Source: an uncultured Clostridia bacterium (GTDB taxonomy: Bacteria > Bacillota > Clostridia > Christensenellales > CAG-138). From it: a stretch of DNA of 64,000 nt. Below the pieces are notes generated by a model. It saw nothing but the letters and a program-made list of their open reading frames with translations, was not told where the DNA came from and searched no databases. The position numbers and the translations under genes are program-made. Of the stretch, positions 38,625-48,243 are shown one piece after another; position 1 is the stretch's first letter; every line of letters begins with the position of its first letter. Location of the stretch: NCBI GenBank assembly GCA_944336475.1, contig CALVLD010000008.1, forward strand, positions 799-64,798, written 5' to 3'.

Positions 38625-39647
38625 TCAGACGGTTTTACCGCTTCGCACCATTATCATCTCTGCGGCGATGCTTATCGCTATCTCCTGAGGAGTCTCGCCG
38701 CCTATCGGCAGACCGATGGGGGAGTGGACACGAGCATGATCCTCCTCCGTAAAGCCTGCGGCTAAGAGCTTCTCACGGGTCAGAGCCACCTTGTGGCGGC
38801 TGCCTATACAGCCGATGTACCGTGCAGGAGTCCGAAGCACCTGCTCCAGCACCGCATAGTCCGCCTGATGCGCAGGGGTCATTATCACCACATAGTCACG
38901 AGGGCCTATATCCACGTCGATGCTGCAAAAGTCGCACAGGCGCACCTCATCTGCAAGGGGGAATCGCTCCCTCAATGCCAGTGAAGGACGATCGTCAAGC
39001 ACCACCACGCTGAAGCCCACGCTTGAGAGCACCGGCACGAGCGCCCGCCCAACATGTCCGCCGCCGAAGAGGTACACCCTTCCGCTCTGCGATATGGGCT
39101 CTATGTAGTGGGAGACCTCCCCCTTCAGGCATACCGCCGAGGAGGTGAAGTGCCCGGCAAGTACACACTCATCGATTGCGCCGACTAAAAGGCGCATGCC
39201 GTTTCCATCAAACAGACCTACGGCGGTCACTGAGCCGTTTTCGACCCTGCGAACCACCCATGCGTCCGCATTTTTGCGCATGAGCTCAGCGCAGGCGGCA
39301 AGAAATCCGACCCGCTCAGGCTCATTGGGGGAGTATAGCTCAAAGCAGACGAGCACGCTTCCGCCGCATATCATGCCTATGTCGGCTATCTCACCCTTGG
39401 TGAGAGAATAGCTCTCTATGGCGCCCTGTCCCTCATGCAGTGCGCTCAAAGCCCTCTGTGCAGCCGCAAACTCCACCGCACCGCCGCCTATGGTACCCAT
39501 TGTGCGTCCGTCGGAGAGCACGAGCATATGCGCCCCTGCGCCCCTGGGCGACGAGCCGGAGGAGGACAGCACGCCTGCCATAACAACGGCTCGACCCGCA
39601 TCAAGCTCGGCAAGCGCCGTTTCCATCAGCTCCAAGTATCCGCTCAT
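38625..39647 (-). CDS. XdhC/CoxI-family protein (XdhC N-domain + Rossmann domain)
   Basis: VVMAGVLSSSGSSPRGAGAHMLV ... VYLFGGGHVGRALVPVLSSVGFSVVVLDDR. Its start overlaps the upstream stop by 4 nt. Confidence 0.75.
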   Translation of the reverse strand: MSGYLELMETALAELDAGRAVVMAGVLSSSGSSPRGAGAHMLVLSDGRTMGTIGGGAVEFAAAQRALSALHEGQGAIESYSLTKGEIADIGMICGGSVLVCFELYSPNEPERVGFLAACAELMRKNADAWVVRRVENGSVTAVGLFDGNGMRLLVGAIDECVLAGHFTSSAVCLKGEVSHYIEPISQSGRVYLFGGGHVGRALVPVLSSVGFSVVVLDDRPSLALRERFPLADEVRLCDFCSIDVDIGPRDYVVIMTPAHQADYAVLEQVLRTPARYIGCIGSRHKVALTREKLLAAGFTEEDHARVHSPIGLPIGGETPQEIAISIAAEMIMVRSGKTV

Positions 39648-40696
39648 AACGAATTTGCGGTAAGCGCGTCGAACTGCTCACGGGTGAGCTCGCAGTGGTA
39701 GAAAAGGGAGAAGTATTCCCTGCACTCCTCATACAGATCATAATCCGCCGCATCGGGGTAGAGCACCTTTGCAAGCCACATCATGCCCAGGAGCCTCTGC
39801 ACGGATGGGGGAAAGCCCATCCAGTTGTACGGCCCCATTGGAACCTCGCAGTAATTTCCCTCCTTGACCGCATCAAGCGTCAGCCATGTTGCATCCGTGC
39901 CGACGGAAGCGTATACGCTCTGCGGCGCGAACACTATGAAATCGGGATTCCAGACGAGTATCTGCTCCATGTCCACCTCGTTGCCCGTGCCCCTGGACGA
40001 GGGGTCGTCTACAACGGCAACATTGTCCGAGAGCAGATCTATCACCTCTGCGTGATAGCTCCCACGGGCAATTACATTGTGTCCCTCGTCACCCAGGCAG
40101 TAGAGCAGGCGCACCTTTTCAACGCTTTCGGAGATGTTCACCGTGCGGTCGTACACATTCCTGCAGTATGCGGCAAGCGTCTCTGCTTCGTCGGGCATGT
40201 TCAGCAGCTCGCCCAGCTTGCGGTATGCCGCATCCATGGTGGATGTGGTCATGGTGATATGCACAAAGGGTATGCCCGTCTGCGTCGAGAGGTCGTCCAG
40301 CTCCGCAGCCATGTCATCCTTGGTTTCTCCGACGTCGATGACCACCTGCGGATCCGCCGTAAGCAGCTCCTCAAGGTTCAACTCGCCTTTGCCGCCGTAG
40401 AGCTGACCGAGCATGGGCAGATCATAGTATTCCGTTGCAAGGAACTCCTCTGCAGAAGCGTCCCATTCGGAAGCTATGCCCACGAGCCTGTCGGGCGCAA
40501 GCGCAAATACCGTCATCTGGGCTAAGGGGCCCGATACTGCGACTCGGCTGATATCATTCGGCAGCTCGACGGTGCGCCCCAGGGAATCCGTGAAAGTGCG
40601 TGTTTCGGAGCCGCCGTTCGTGTCTGCACAGCCGGTGAGCAGCCCGACACAGAACAGCACAGCAAGCAGCATGGCTGTCAACCGTTTGATGTTCAT
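39644..40696 (-). CDS. ABC importer substrate-binding lipoprotein, cluster-8 (FecB/BtuF/heme type)
   Basis: Lipobox LLTGC. VAVSGP...APDRLVG and ...NPDFIVF are typical of the periplasmic-binding-protein family 2. Confidence 0.8.
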   Translation of the reverse strand: MNIKRLTAMLLAVLFCVGLLTGCADTNGGSETRTFTDSLGRTVELPNDISRVAVSGPLAQMTVFALAPDRLVGIASEWDASAEEFLATEYYDLPMLGQLYGGKGELNLEELLTADPQVVIDVGETKDDMAAELDDLSTQTGIPFVHITMTTSTMDAAYRKLGELLNMPDEAETLAAYCRNVYDRTVNISESVEKVRLLYCLGDEGHNVIARGSYHAEVIDLLSDNVAVVDDPSSRGTGNEVDMEQILVWNPDFIVFAPQSVYASVGTDATWLTLDAVKEGNYCEVPMGPYNWMGFPPSVQRLLGMMWLAKVLYPDAADYDLYEECREYFSLFYHCELTREQFDALTANSL

Positions 40697-41400
40697 ACAT
40701 TACCTCCTTCTGTTTTTACCGTTATTATCCCAAGCGGCCTGTCACCCCTCACCGCAAACGGAAACTGCGGATCACCCGAGGCGGTAAGCCGATCAAGAAC
40801 AGCATCTCTGCGGAGCTCGCAGCCCCCATAGAGCTTGAAAAACTCCATGGCGTCCTCCTCATCCCGTATGGGCTGGTCGAACCTTAGCTCAAGAGTCTCC
40901 GCACAATAGTCAAGCCTGCGAGCGCTGAGCTCCCGGCAGGTCTCCTCAAAGGAGTTTCGCCTTTCCCGACGGGCAAGCGCAAACGAATGCTCAAAGCAGT
41001 TGCGCCTGACGAGCACGAGACGCTCGACACCGTGACGCACGGCAAACTCCAATGCCTGCTCCGTTTTACCGAAGCGGCAGAACACGGCAACGTCGTATGC
41101 GACGCTTTCGGGCAGGGAGAATATGTCGGCGCACAGCATCCGCACATTGGAGGGAACATCCCGTACCGATGAGATTGCCAACGCGGAGATGTCCACGGCG
41201 TCTATCAGGGCTGCGGCGTCAAATTCCGCAATGGCTCGCGCAAGCCCCGCCGTGCCGCAGCCGGCGTCGCAGATGCGGCTCCCACGGGGCACATGTCTCA
41301 GCACAGCCTCCGCAAGGGAGGTATAGAAGCCCCTTCCGTAGATGGCATCCGCATCTAACATGAAGCGTATGGATGTCTCGTTCCAGTCCAGTCCGTTCAT
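40693..41400 (-). CDS. Class I SAM-dependent methyltransferase
   Basis: Motif I ICDAGCGTAGLA. 4-nt overlaps with both neighbours. Confidence 0.75.
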   Translation of the reverse strand: MNGLDWNETSIRFMLDADAIYGRGFYTSLAEAVLRHVPRGSRICDAGCGTAGLARAIAEFDAAALIDAVDISALAISSVRDVPSNVRMLCADIFSLPESVAYDVAVFCRFGKTEQALEFAVRHGVERLVLVRRNCFEHSFALARRERRNSFEETCRELSARRLDYCAETLELRFDQPIRDEEDAMEFFKLYGGCELRRDAVLDRLTASGDPQFPFAVRGDRPLGIITVKTEGGNV

Positions 41401-42161
41401 AACTCCGTCATGGGTGGTAGCAGCACCCGTCTGCCGCTTACAGCGGCGATGTCGGCATGCACACCGTACAGCCGCTCTATGAGCGCTGAATCCAAAACCT
41501 CCCCGGGTATCCCCTCCGCCGCTGCGGTACCGTCCGCAAGGGCTATGAGCCTGTCGGCATGATCAAGCGCCTGCTGCGGCTCATGCGTGGAGAAGAGCAC
41601 CGTGCGTCCCTCGTTCGTAAGCGACCGTATGGTTCGCATAACCAGAAGGCGGTTGCCGAAGTCGAGCCCCGATGTCGGCTCATCCATGATGAATATGTTC
41701 GCCCCTTGTGCGATGGCACGGGCGATTAGCACGAGTTGGCGTTCACCCCCGCTCAGGTGCAAAAAGCCCCTGTCACGAAGCTCGGCTATCCCCATGCGCT
41801 CCATGGCCGTCTCGGCCTTTGCAACATCCGCTTTGCTCGGAGCGCCGAACACCCTGATGCCGTTTGCCCTGCCCATCAGCACCATATCCAGCGCAGAGTA
41901 GTTGAAAACGGGATTGTGCGCCTGAGGAACATATGCAGCCCTTTGGGACAGCGCCTGGGGCGAGAGGCTTTTTGCCTCCGCACCGTCTATCATAATGCTG
42001 CCGGAGTAGCCGCCGAGCAGGCCGAGCATACATCCGAACAGAGTGGTCTTGCCGCTTCCGTTTTTGCCGAGGAGTGCGCACATGGAGCCCTCTTCGACCG
42101 AGAAGCTCACTCCGCAGAGCACTCCGGCGTCGCCGTATGAAAACTCCAATTCACTGACCAT
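41397..42161 (-). CDS. ABC importer ATP-binding protein (FecE/FepC/BtuD type)
   Basis: GKNGSGKTTL, LSGGERQLVLIARAI and IFIMDEPTSGLD. Start at ATG 42161, or TTG 42173 overlapping the permease stop. Confidence 0.9.
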   Translation of the reverse strand: MVSELEFSYGDAGVLCGVSFSVEEGSMCALLGKNGSGKTTLFGCMLGLLGGYSGSIMIDGAEAKSLSPQALSQRAAYVPQAHNPVFNYSALDMVLMGRANGIRVFGAPSKADVAKAETAMERMGIAELRDRGFLHLSGGERQLVLIARAIAQGANIFIMDEPTSGLDFGNRLLVMRTIRSLTNEGRTVLFSTHEPQQALDHADRLIALADGTAAAEGIPGEVLDSALIERLYGVHADIAAVSGRRVLLPPMTEL

Positions 42162-42169
42162 TATGGCAT

Positions 42170-43213
42170 TCAAAGCGAGTTCTCCTTTCTCATTATGAGG
42201 TATAGGAAGAACGGAGCGCCGACAAACGCCGTCAGTATGCCTATGGGTATCTCCGTGGCGATAAGATTGCGTGAGATGTTGTCCACCGTAAGCAGAAATA
42301 TGGCGCCAAACAGCATCGAAGCAGGCATGAGTCTGCGGTAGTCGTTGCCCAACGGCATGCGGCAGATATGGGGGATGACGAGCCCCACCCAGCCTATAAC
42401 GCCGCTTACCGAGACCGAGGTCGCAGTGACGAGCGTTGCGCATATTACCGTGACGAAACGGAGCGCGTTCGCGTTCACCCCAAGGGCACGAGCTTCACCA
42501 TCCCCAAGGGAGAGCAGATTCAGTCTCCAACGGAGCAAAAACAGCGGCAGGAGCCCCAATGCCATCGGGATCGCCGCAAACAGCACGTCGCCCCCGTCCA
42601 CACCCGACAGGCTTCCCATGAGCCAATATGTTATGGCAGGGAGCTGATTCGTGGGATCCGCCACCAGTTTTATGTAGGATGTGCCTGCGGTAAAGAGGGA
42701 GCTTATCATTATGCCCGAAAGTATTAGGTTGACCACCTTACGCCCCGGAGCCTTCTGCCCTATGGCGTACACGAGGCACACCACCAGAAGGCTTGCCGCA
42801 AACGCAAACGAGGTTACCCAGGCGGAGCTCAGGCCAAGCAGTATGGCAAGCGCCGCACCGAAGGATGCGCCCGACGTCGCCCCAAGTATGTCGGGGGACG
42901 CCATGGGGTTTTGAAACACCCCCTGATATGCCGCGCCCGAGGCGGAGAGGCAACAGCCCACCATGCAGGCGAGAGCGATTCTTGGCAGGCGGATGTTTAT
43001 CACGGCGGCGTACATGGCGTCAGTCCAGGTCTGCTCCATATCAAGGAAAGGAAACATCGCATCCGTAAGTATGCGGATCACCTGCTTCAGAGGGACATGA
43101 AGCCTCCCGAACGTGAGCGATGCAACAAACAGGGCCGCAAGCACGGCGCCCAACACCGCCGTGACTGCGGAGGGGCTTATGGTGACCGTGCTTCGCTTTT
43201 TTGCTTTCCTCAT
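42170..43213 (-). CDS. FecCD-family ABC importer permease
   Basis: A polytopic protein with SGAAYQGVFQNPMASPDILG and SVSGVIGWVGLVIPH motifs. ATG 43213 is preferred over TTG 43231. Confidence 0.85.
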   Translation of the reverse strand: MRKAKKRSTVTISPSAVTAVLGAVLAALFVASLTFGRLHVPLKQVIRILTDAMFPFLDMEQTWTDAMYAAVINIRLPRIALACMVGCCLSASGAAYQGVFQNPMASPDILGATSGASFGAALAILLGLSSAWVTSFAFAASLLVVCLVYAIGQKAPGRKVVNLILSGIMISSLFTAGTSYIKLVADPTNQLPAITYWLMGSLSGVDGGDVLFAAIPMALGLLPLFLLRWRLNLLSLGDGEARALGVNANALRFVTVICATLVTATSVSVSGVIGWVGLVIPHICRMPLGNDYRRLMPASMLFGAIFLLTVDNISRNLIATEIPIGILTAFVGAPFFLYLIMRKENSL

Positions 43214-43255
43214 GCCGGGCGTTATCCTCAATCAAGAATAACGATATTATACCCT

Positions 43256-43284
43256 TTGCGGCTCCGGATTGCAAGCGCTTTTTT
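43256..43284 (-). promoter_or_regulatory. Promoter TTGCAA, 17-nt spacer, TATAAT for the importer operon (minus strand)
   Basis: The reverse complement reads TTGCAATCCGGAGCCGCAAAGGGTATAAT. This leaves only a ~35-nt leader, so there is no room for a riboswitch. Confidence 0.55.
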
Positions 43285-43393
43285 CTTTGGATAAAAACAA
43301 GCAGAAATATGTGCTGTTCACGGAAAAAAACGATGAAAACACATGGATGCGTGTACATTGAAAAATATATTTGAAAAAACTCGGAAACAGCTA

Positions 43394-43422
43394 TTGAAAA
43401 CGGCAGAACTATCGTGTATCAT
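43394..43422 (+). promoter_or_regulatory. Promoter TTGAAA, 17-nt spacer, TATCAT for the S10 operon
   Basis: TTGAAA 43394-43399 and TATCAT 43417-43422. Confidence 0.45.
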
Positions 43423-43429
43423 ACGACCG

Positions 43430-43706
43430 TTGCGCATTTTATGGGCGTTTTATGCCTGTGCGCAGACGGTTTTTCTGTGTCGAACCGTTTGCGCAACCGC
43501 TGGCGAATGGGAATGTGCAGCGCCCCATGGGAGGTTGCCGGTCGCCAATCCGGGTAATTCACACGGGCACCCAATTCTTTCGGGTGGGGCAGCGATGCCC
43601 CCGCATGGTTTTCTCGGATGGAAACACGCGGATGGGTGTACTGCCAAACGGGGCAAAGCCCCGATTACGGAGGCGGCGAAACCGCCAAAATTGAAAGGAG
43701 ATAAAA
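43430..43706 (+). promoter_or_regulatory. Long (~275 nt) GC-rich, hairpin-rich leader upstream of rpsJ
   Basis: Hairpins lie at 43460-43494, 43568-43586, 43586-43601 (GCGA tetraloop), 43649-43663 and 43672-43686. No convincing ORF. Confidence 0.4.
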
Positions 43707-44015
43707 ATGGCAAACAGCAGGATCCGCATTAAGCTCAAGGCGTATGAGCACGAGCTCATCGACAGGAGCGCAGAGAAGATCGTCGATACGGCGAGGCGGA
43801 CTGGCGCAAGGGTCTCAGGTCCGATACCCCTGCCCACAGAGAAGGAGATAGTAACGATCCTTCGTGCAACCCACAAGTACAAGGACTCCAGAGAACAGTT
43901 CGAGATGCGCACGCACAAGCGCCTTATCGACATCATCCAGCCTTCCGCAAAGACGGTTGACGCTCTGATGAAGCTCGATTTGCCCGCCGGCGTCGACATC
44001 GAGATCAAGCTCTGA
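43707..44015 (+). CDS. rpsJ: 30S ribosomal protein S10
   Basis: [21 protein letters not shown]. First gene of the canonical S10 operon. Confidence 0.97.
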   Translation: MANSRIRIKLKAYEHELIDRSAEKIVDTARRTGARVSGPIPLPTEKEIVTILRATHKYKDSREQFEMRTHKRLIDIIQPSAKTVDALMKLDLPAGVDIEIKL

Positions 44016-44030
44016 TAGAGAGGTGCAACT

Positions 44031-44657
44031 ATGAAGCAAGCTATTTTGGGTAAGAAGATCGGTATGACGCAGGTGTTTCGTGAGGACGGCACAATGATTC
44101 CCGTGACCGTTGTCCTCGCAGGCCCATGCCCCGTCACCCAGATCAAGACCGTCGACCATGACGGCTACAGCGCCGTTCAGATGGCTTTCCTGCCCGTGCG
44201 TGAGAAGCTTATCACAAAGCCCGAGGCGGGTCATTTGAAGAAGGCCGGAGTTGAGGCTCACCGCTATGTTAAGGAATTCCGTCTTGACGACTGCGGTCAG
44301 TACAAGATTGGCGATGTCATAAAGGCGGACGTGTTCGCCAAGGGCGAGCGCGTCGATGTTACCGGCATGTCCAAGGGAAAGGGCTTTGAAGGCACTATCA
44401 AGCGCTGGAATCAGTCTCGCGGCCGCAAGACCCACGGTTCCCATTCCTACCGTGTAACCGGTTCCCTCGGCGCCTGCACATACCCGGGCGAGGTATTCCG
44501 CACGAAGCGCATGCCCGGCCACATGGGTCATGAGCGCATCACCGTCCAGAACCTCGAGGTCATCCGCACCGATGCGGAGAGGAACCTCCTGCTCATTAAG
44601 GGTGCCATCCCCGGTGCAAACGGCGGCCTGGTACTTGTTAAGAGCACGATCAAGTAA
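44031..44657 (+). CDS. rplC: 50S ribosomal protein L3
   Basis: ILGKKIGMTQVF...; operon order. Confidence 0.97.
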   Translation: MKQAILGKKIGMTQVFREDGTMIPVTVVLAGPCPVTQIKTVDHDGYSAVQMAFLPVREKLITKPEAGHLKKAGVEAHRYVKEFRLDDCGQYKIGDVIKADVFAKGERVDVTGMSKGKGFEGTIKRWNQSRGRKTHGSHSYRVTGSLGACTYPGEVFRTKRMPGHMGHERITVQNLEVIRTDAERNLLLIKGAIPGANGGLVLVKSTIK

Positions 44658-44670
44658 GGAGGACAGACAA

Positions 44671-45291
44671 ATGCCTAATGTAACAGTTTACAACATTAAG
44701 GGTGAAGACGTCGGCAGCATCGAGCTTTCCGAAGCCGTGTTCGGCGCCGAGGTCAATGTCCCCGTTATGCATGCCTATGTAAAGGCTTACCTTGCAAATC
44801 AGCGCCAGGGCACACAGAGCGCCAAGACCCGTGCAGAGGTCAGCGGCGGCGGCAGGAAGCCGTGGCGCCAGAAGGGCACCGGCCGCGCCCGTCAGGGTTC
44901 CACCCGCTCCCCGCAGTGGACCCACGGCGGCGTGGTGTTCGCCCCCAAGCCCCGCGACTATCGTCTGGCCGTCAACCGTAAGATGAAGGCTGTCGCACTG
45001 CGCTCCGCCCTCTCCTCCAAGGTCGCTGACGAGAAGCTCATCGTGGTCGATGCACTTGCTCTCACCGAGGTCAAAACCCGTGAGATGGCAAAGGTTCTCA
45101 CCGCACTCAAGGCGAACAGGGCCCTCATCGTCACCGATGCAGTCGATAACGACGTTGTCCGTTCCGCAAGGAACATCGAAGGCGTCGACGTTACCTTCAT
45201 CGGCGCTCTCAACACCTACGAGATTCTCAAGCATGACGCACTGGTCATTACCCAGGCTGCTGTCGAAAAGGTCGAGGAGGTTTACGCATGA
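44671..45291 (+). CDS. rplD: 50S ribosomal protein L4
   Basis: MPNVTVYNIKGEDVGSIEL...; AAGGAGG before the ATG at 44671. The ORF-track start at 44530 overlaps rplC. Confidence 0.95.
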   Translation: MPNVTVYNIKGEDVGSIELSEAVFGAEVNVPVMHAYVKAYLANQRQGTQSAKTRAEVSGGGRKPWRQKGTGRARQGSTRSPQWTHGGVVFAPKPRDYRLAVNRKMKAVALRSALSSKVADEKLIVVDALALTEVKTREMAKVLTALKANRALIVTDAVDNDVVRSARNIEGVDVTFIGALNTYEILKHDALVITQAAVEKVEEVYA

Positions 45292-45581
45292 ATTACCACG
45301 ACATAATTGTTATGCCCGTGCTCACAGAGAAGAGCTACGATATGATCGGCGAGAAGAGGTACACCTTTATCGTTGACAAGCGGGCTACAAAGACCGAGAT
45401 CAAAATGGCTATCGAGGCAGTCTTTGACGGCGTAAAGGTCGACAGGGTCAACACGATCAACCGTCTCGGCAAGATGAAGAGGCAGGGCCGCTACGAGGGT
45501 CGGCGCGCCTCCACCAAGAAGGCCTATGTCACGCTCAAGAAGGACTCCAAGGGTATTGAGTTCTTCGACAGCATGCAGTAA
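45288..45581 (+). CDS. rplW: 50S ribosomal protein L23
   Basis: DIIVMPVLTEKSY...; operon order. Confidence 0.95.
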   Translation: MNYHDIIVMPVLTEKSYDMIGEKRYTFIVDKRATKTEIKMAIEAVFDGVKVDRVNTINRLGKMKRQGRYEGRRASTKKAYVTLKKDSKGIEFFDSMQ

Positions 45582-45593
45582 GGAGGAAGTTAA

Positions 45594-46427
45594 ATGGCTA
45601 TCAGGAAAATAAAGCCCACGACCCCCGGTCAGCGTTTTATGACGGTCTCCGAGTTTGAGGAGATCACTGCGAAAAAGCCGGAGCGCTCCCTTATCGAGGC
45701 GAAGAACCGCACCGGCGGCCGCAATAACCGCGGTCGCATCACCACCCGTCACATCGGCGGCGGCGGCAGGGTCTACTACCGTATAATCGACTTCAAGCGC
45801 AACAAGCTCAATGTTCCCGCCAAGGTCGCCACCATCGAGTACGATCCCAACCGTTCCGCTTATATCGCACTGCTCCACTATGTGGACGGCGAGAAGCGCT
45901 ACATCATCGCTCCCTACGGCCTCAAGGTAGGCGACAAGGTCGTTTCTGCCGAGAATGCGGACATCAAGGTCGGCAATGCCATTCCCCTCCGCAACATCCC
46001 CGTAGGCACAATGATCCACTGCATCGAGCTGCTCCCCGGCAAGGGCGCACAGCTTGTGAGGAGCGCAGGCAATGCCGCTCAGCTCATGGCTAAGGAGGGC
46101 AAGTACGCCCAGGTTCGTCTGCCCAGCGGAGAGGTTCGCCTTATCCCCCTGGAGTGCAAGGCGACGATCGGCCAGGTCGGCAACATTGACTATGCCAACA
46201 TAATGCTCGGCAAGGCCGGACGCAAGCGTCACATGGGCATCCGTCCGACGGTTCGCGGCTCCGTCATGAACCCGAACGACCATCCGCACGGCGGTGGTGA
46301 GGGCAAGTCCCCCATTGGTCGTCCCGGCCCTGTGACCCCGTGGGGCAAGCCCGCTCTCGGTCATAAGACCCGTAAGACCAAGAACATCAACGACAAGTAC
46401 ATCGTCCGCCGCAGGGACGGAAAATAA
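45594..46427 (+). CDS. rplB: 50S ribosomal protein L2
   Basis: [15 protein letters not shown] ... [13 protein letters not shown]. Confidence 0.97.
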   Translation: MAIRKIKPTTPGQRFMTVSEFEEITAKKPERSLIEAKNRTGGRNNRGRITTRHIGGGGRVYYRIIDFKRNKLNVPAKVATIEYDPNRSAYIALLHYVDGEKRYIIAPYGLKVGDKVVSAENADIKVGNAIPLRNIPVGTMIHCIELLPGKGAQLVRSAGNAAQLMAKEGKYAQVRLPSGEVRLIPLECKATIGQVGNIDYANIMLGKAGRKRHMGIRPTVRGSVMNPNDHPHGGGEGKSPIGRPGPVTPWGKPALGHKTRKTKNINDKYIVRRRDGK

Positions 46428-46448
46428 TTGAGGGAGGAGTAGTAAAGC

Positions 46449-46730
46449 ATGAGTAGGTCAGTCAAAAAGGGACCGTTTGTCAGCGAGAAGCTTCTTGCCA
46501 AGATCGTTGAGATGAACAACACCGGCAAGAAGACGGTCGTAAAGACATGGTCAAGAGCATCCACGATCTTCCCCGATATGGTCGGTCACACCATTGCCGT
46601 TCACGACGGAAGGAAGCACGTTCCCGTGTACATCACGGAGGATATGGTCGGTCACAAGCTGGGCGAATTCGCACCCACTCGTACCTTCCGCGGCCACAGG
46701 GGTTCTGAAAAGACCACCCGCGGCAAGTAA
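46449..46730 (+). CDS. rpsS: 30S ribosomal protein S19
   Basis: [11 protein letters not shown] ... [24 protein letters not shown]. Confidence 0.97.
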   Translation: MSRSVKKGPFVSEKLLAKIVEMNNTGKKTVVKTWSRASTIFPDMVGHTIAVHDGRKHVPVYITEDMVGHKLGEFAPTRTFRGHRGSEKTTRGK

Positions 46731-46748
46731 TCAAGGAGGGAGATATTT

Positions 46749-47135
46749 ATGGCAACAAGGTCTAAGGAAAAGACGGCAAAGCGCCGTGAGAACGCCGAAA
46801 AGCGTCCTCATGCAACCGCAAAGTACATCCGCATCTCCTCCCGCAAGGTCAAGATCGTTATCGATCTCATCCGCGGCAAGTCCGTTGGCGAGGCGGAGGC
46901 GATCCTCCTCTACACGCCCAAGGCGGCTGCAGAGCCCGTCCTGAAGCTTCTGAGGAGTGCGATTGCAAATGCTGAGAACAACCTCGAGCTGTCCAGAGAC
47001 AATCTCTATATCGCAGAGATCTACGCAAATCAGGGCCCCACTCTCAAGCGTTACAGGCCCAGGGCAAGGGGCAGCGCATTCCGCATCAGGAAGCGCACCA
47101 GCCACATCACCGTAATTCTGGACGAGAAGGAGTAA
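46749..47135 (+). CDS. rplV: 50S ribosomal protein L22
   Basis: [23 protein letters not shown]. Confidence 0.95.
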   Translation: MATRSKEKTAKRRENAEKRPHATAKYIRISSRKVKIVIDLIRGKSVGEAEAILLYTPKAAAEPVLKLLRSAIANAENNLELSRDNLYIAEIYANQGPTLKRYRPRARGSAFRIRKRTSHITVILDEKE

Positions 47136-47140
47136 TTAAG

Positions 47141-47791
47141 ATGGGACAGAAAGTTAATCCGAACGGTTTCCGTGTAGGCGTCATCAGGGGCTGGAACACC
47201 CGTTGGTATGCCGACAAGAAGAACTTTGCAGACTACCTCGTCGAGGACGATAAGATCCGCAAGTACCTCAAGAAGAAGTACTACGAGACGGGCATCGCCA
47301 AGATTGAGATCGAGCGTGCCGCCAATAAGGCGACTGTCAGCATTTTCACCGCACGTCCCGGTATGCTCATCGGCAAGGGCGGCGTGGGCGTTGAGGCCAT
47401 CAAGGCCGAGCTGGTCGCACTGGTGCAGCATCCCGTCAACGTCAACATCATGGAGGTTCGCAACCCGGACGCCAACGCTCAGCTCATTGCTGAGAACATC
47501 GCCGCAGCGCTGGAGAAGCGCACATCCTTCCGCCGTGCTATGAAGCAGGCGATGGGCAGGGCGATGAAGGCCGGTGTCAAGGGCGTCAGGATCACCTGCT
47601 CCGGCCGTCTCGGCGGCGCCGAGATCGCTCGCAGCGAGGATGTTCACGATGGTTCCATTCCCCGTCAGACCATCCGCGCCGATATCGAGTACGGCCTTGC
47701 AGAGGCCGCCACCACATACGGCCGCATCGGCGTAAAGGTTTGGATTTACAAGGGTGAGATTCTGGGCAAGAAGCAGCCCAAGAAAGCGTAA
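47141..47791 (+). CDS. rpsC: 30S ribosomal protein S3
   Basis: [24 protein letters not shown]. Confidence 0.97.
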   Translation: MGQKVNPNGFRVGVIRGWNTRWYADKKNFADYLVEDDKIRKYLKKKYYETGIAKIEIERAANKATVSIFTARPGMLIGKGGVGVEAIKAELVALVQHPVNVNIMEVRNPDANAQLIAENIAAALEKRTSFRRAMKQAMGRAMKAGVKGVRITCSGRLGGAEIARSEDVHDGSIPRQTIRADIEYGLAEAATTYGRIGVKVWIYKGEILGKKQPKKA

Positions 47792-47805
47792 GGAGGGCGA
47801 TACAT

Positions 47806-48243
47806 ATGTTGATGCCTAAGAGAGTTAAGCGCAGGAGAGTGCACAGGGGCCGTATGAAGGGCAGAGCCCTTCGCGGCAACACCATCACCTACGGCGAGTA
47901 TGGTCTTGTAGCGCTTGAGCCCGCATGGGTCACAAGCAACCAGATAGAGGCGGCTCGTATTGCCATGACCCGTTTCATCAAGAGGAACGGTAAGGTCTGG
48001 GTCAAGATATTCCCCGATAAGCCCGTCACAGAGAAGCCGGCAGAGACCCGAATGGGCTCCGGTAAGGGTTCCCCCGAGTACTGGGTAGCCGTCGTCAAGC
48101 CCGGTCGCATCATGTTCGAGATTGCCGGCGTCGACGAGGCGACCGCAAGGGAGGCGCTGCGCCTCGCAATGCACAAGCTTCCGCTCAAGTGCAAGATTAT
48201 GAAGAAAGTGGAAGAAGTGGAGGAGACTAAGAATGAAGACTAA
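47806..48243 (+). CDS. rplP: 50S ribosomal protein L16
   Basis: [19 protein letters not shown]. Confidence 0.97.
   Translation: MLMPKRVKRRRVHRGRMKGRALRGNTITYGEYGLVALEPAWVTSNQIEAARIAMTRFIKRNGKVWVKIFPDKPVTEKPAETRMGSGKGSPEYWVAVVKPGRIMFEIAGVDEATAREALRLAMHKLPLKCKIMKKVEEVEETKNED

Noticed and set aside
43500-43660. Cobalamin-riboswitch-like strings (GCCGGTCGCCAATCCGGG, GTACTGCC) next to a BtuF/FecB-type importer operon.
   Set aside because: They are on the wrong strand for the importer, whose promoter at 43256-43284 leaves only a ~35-nt leader. The core CCCGCCACUG and B12-box consensus are also absent, and a B12 switch before rpsJ makes no biological sense.
45282-46364. A 360-aa ORF on the minus strand opposite rplW/rplB. 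Similar ones lie at 50663-52258, 53059-54207, 58188-59729, 60957-62039, 47051-47647 and 48770-49390.
   Set aside because: They lie antisense to unmistakable ribosomal, secY, rpoA and ftsH genes. Their low-complexity Gly/Ala/Asp/Leu-rich translations are typical of shadow frames in GC-rich coding DNA, with no RBS and no family resemblance.
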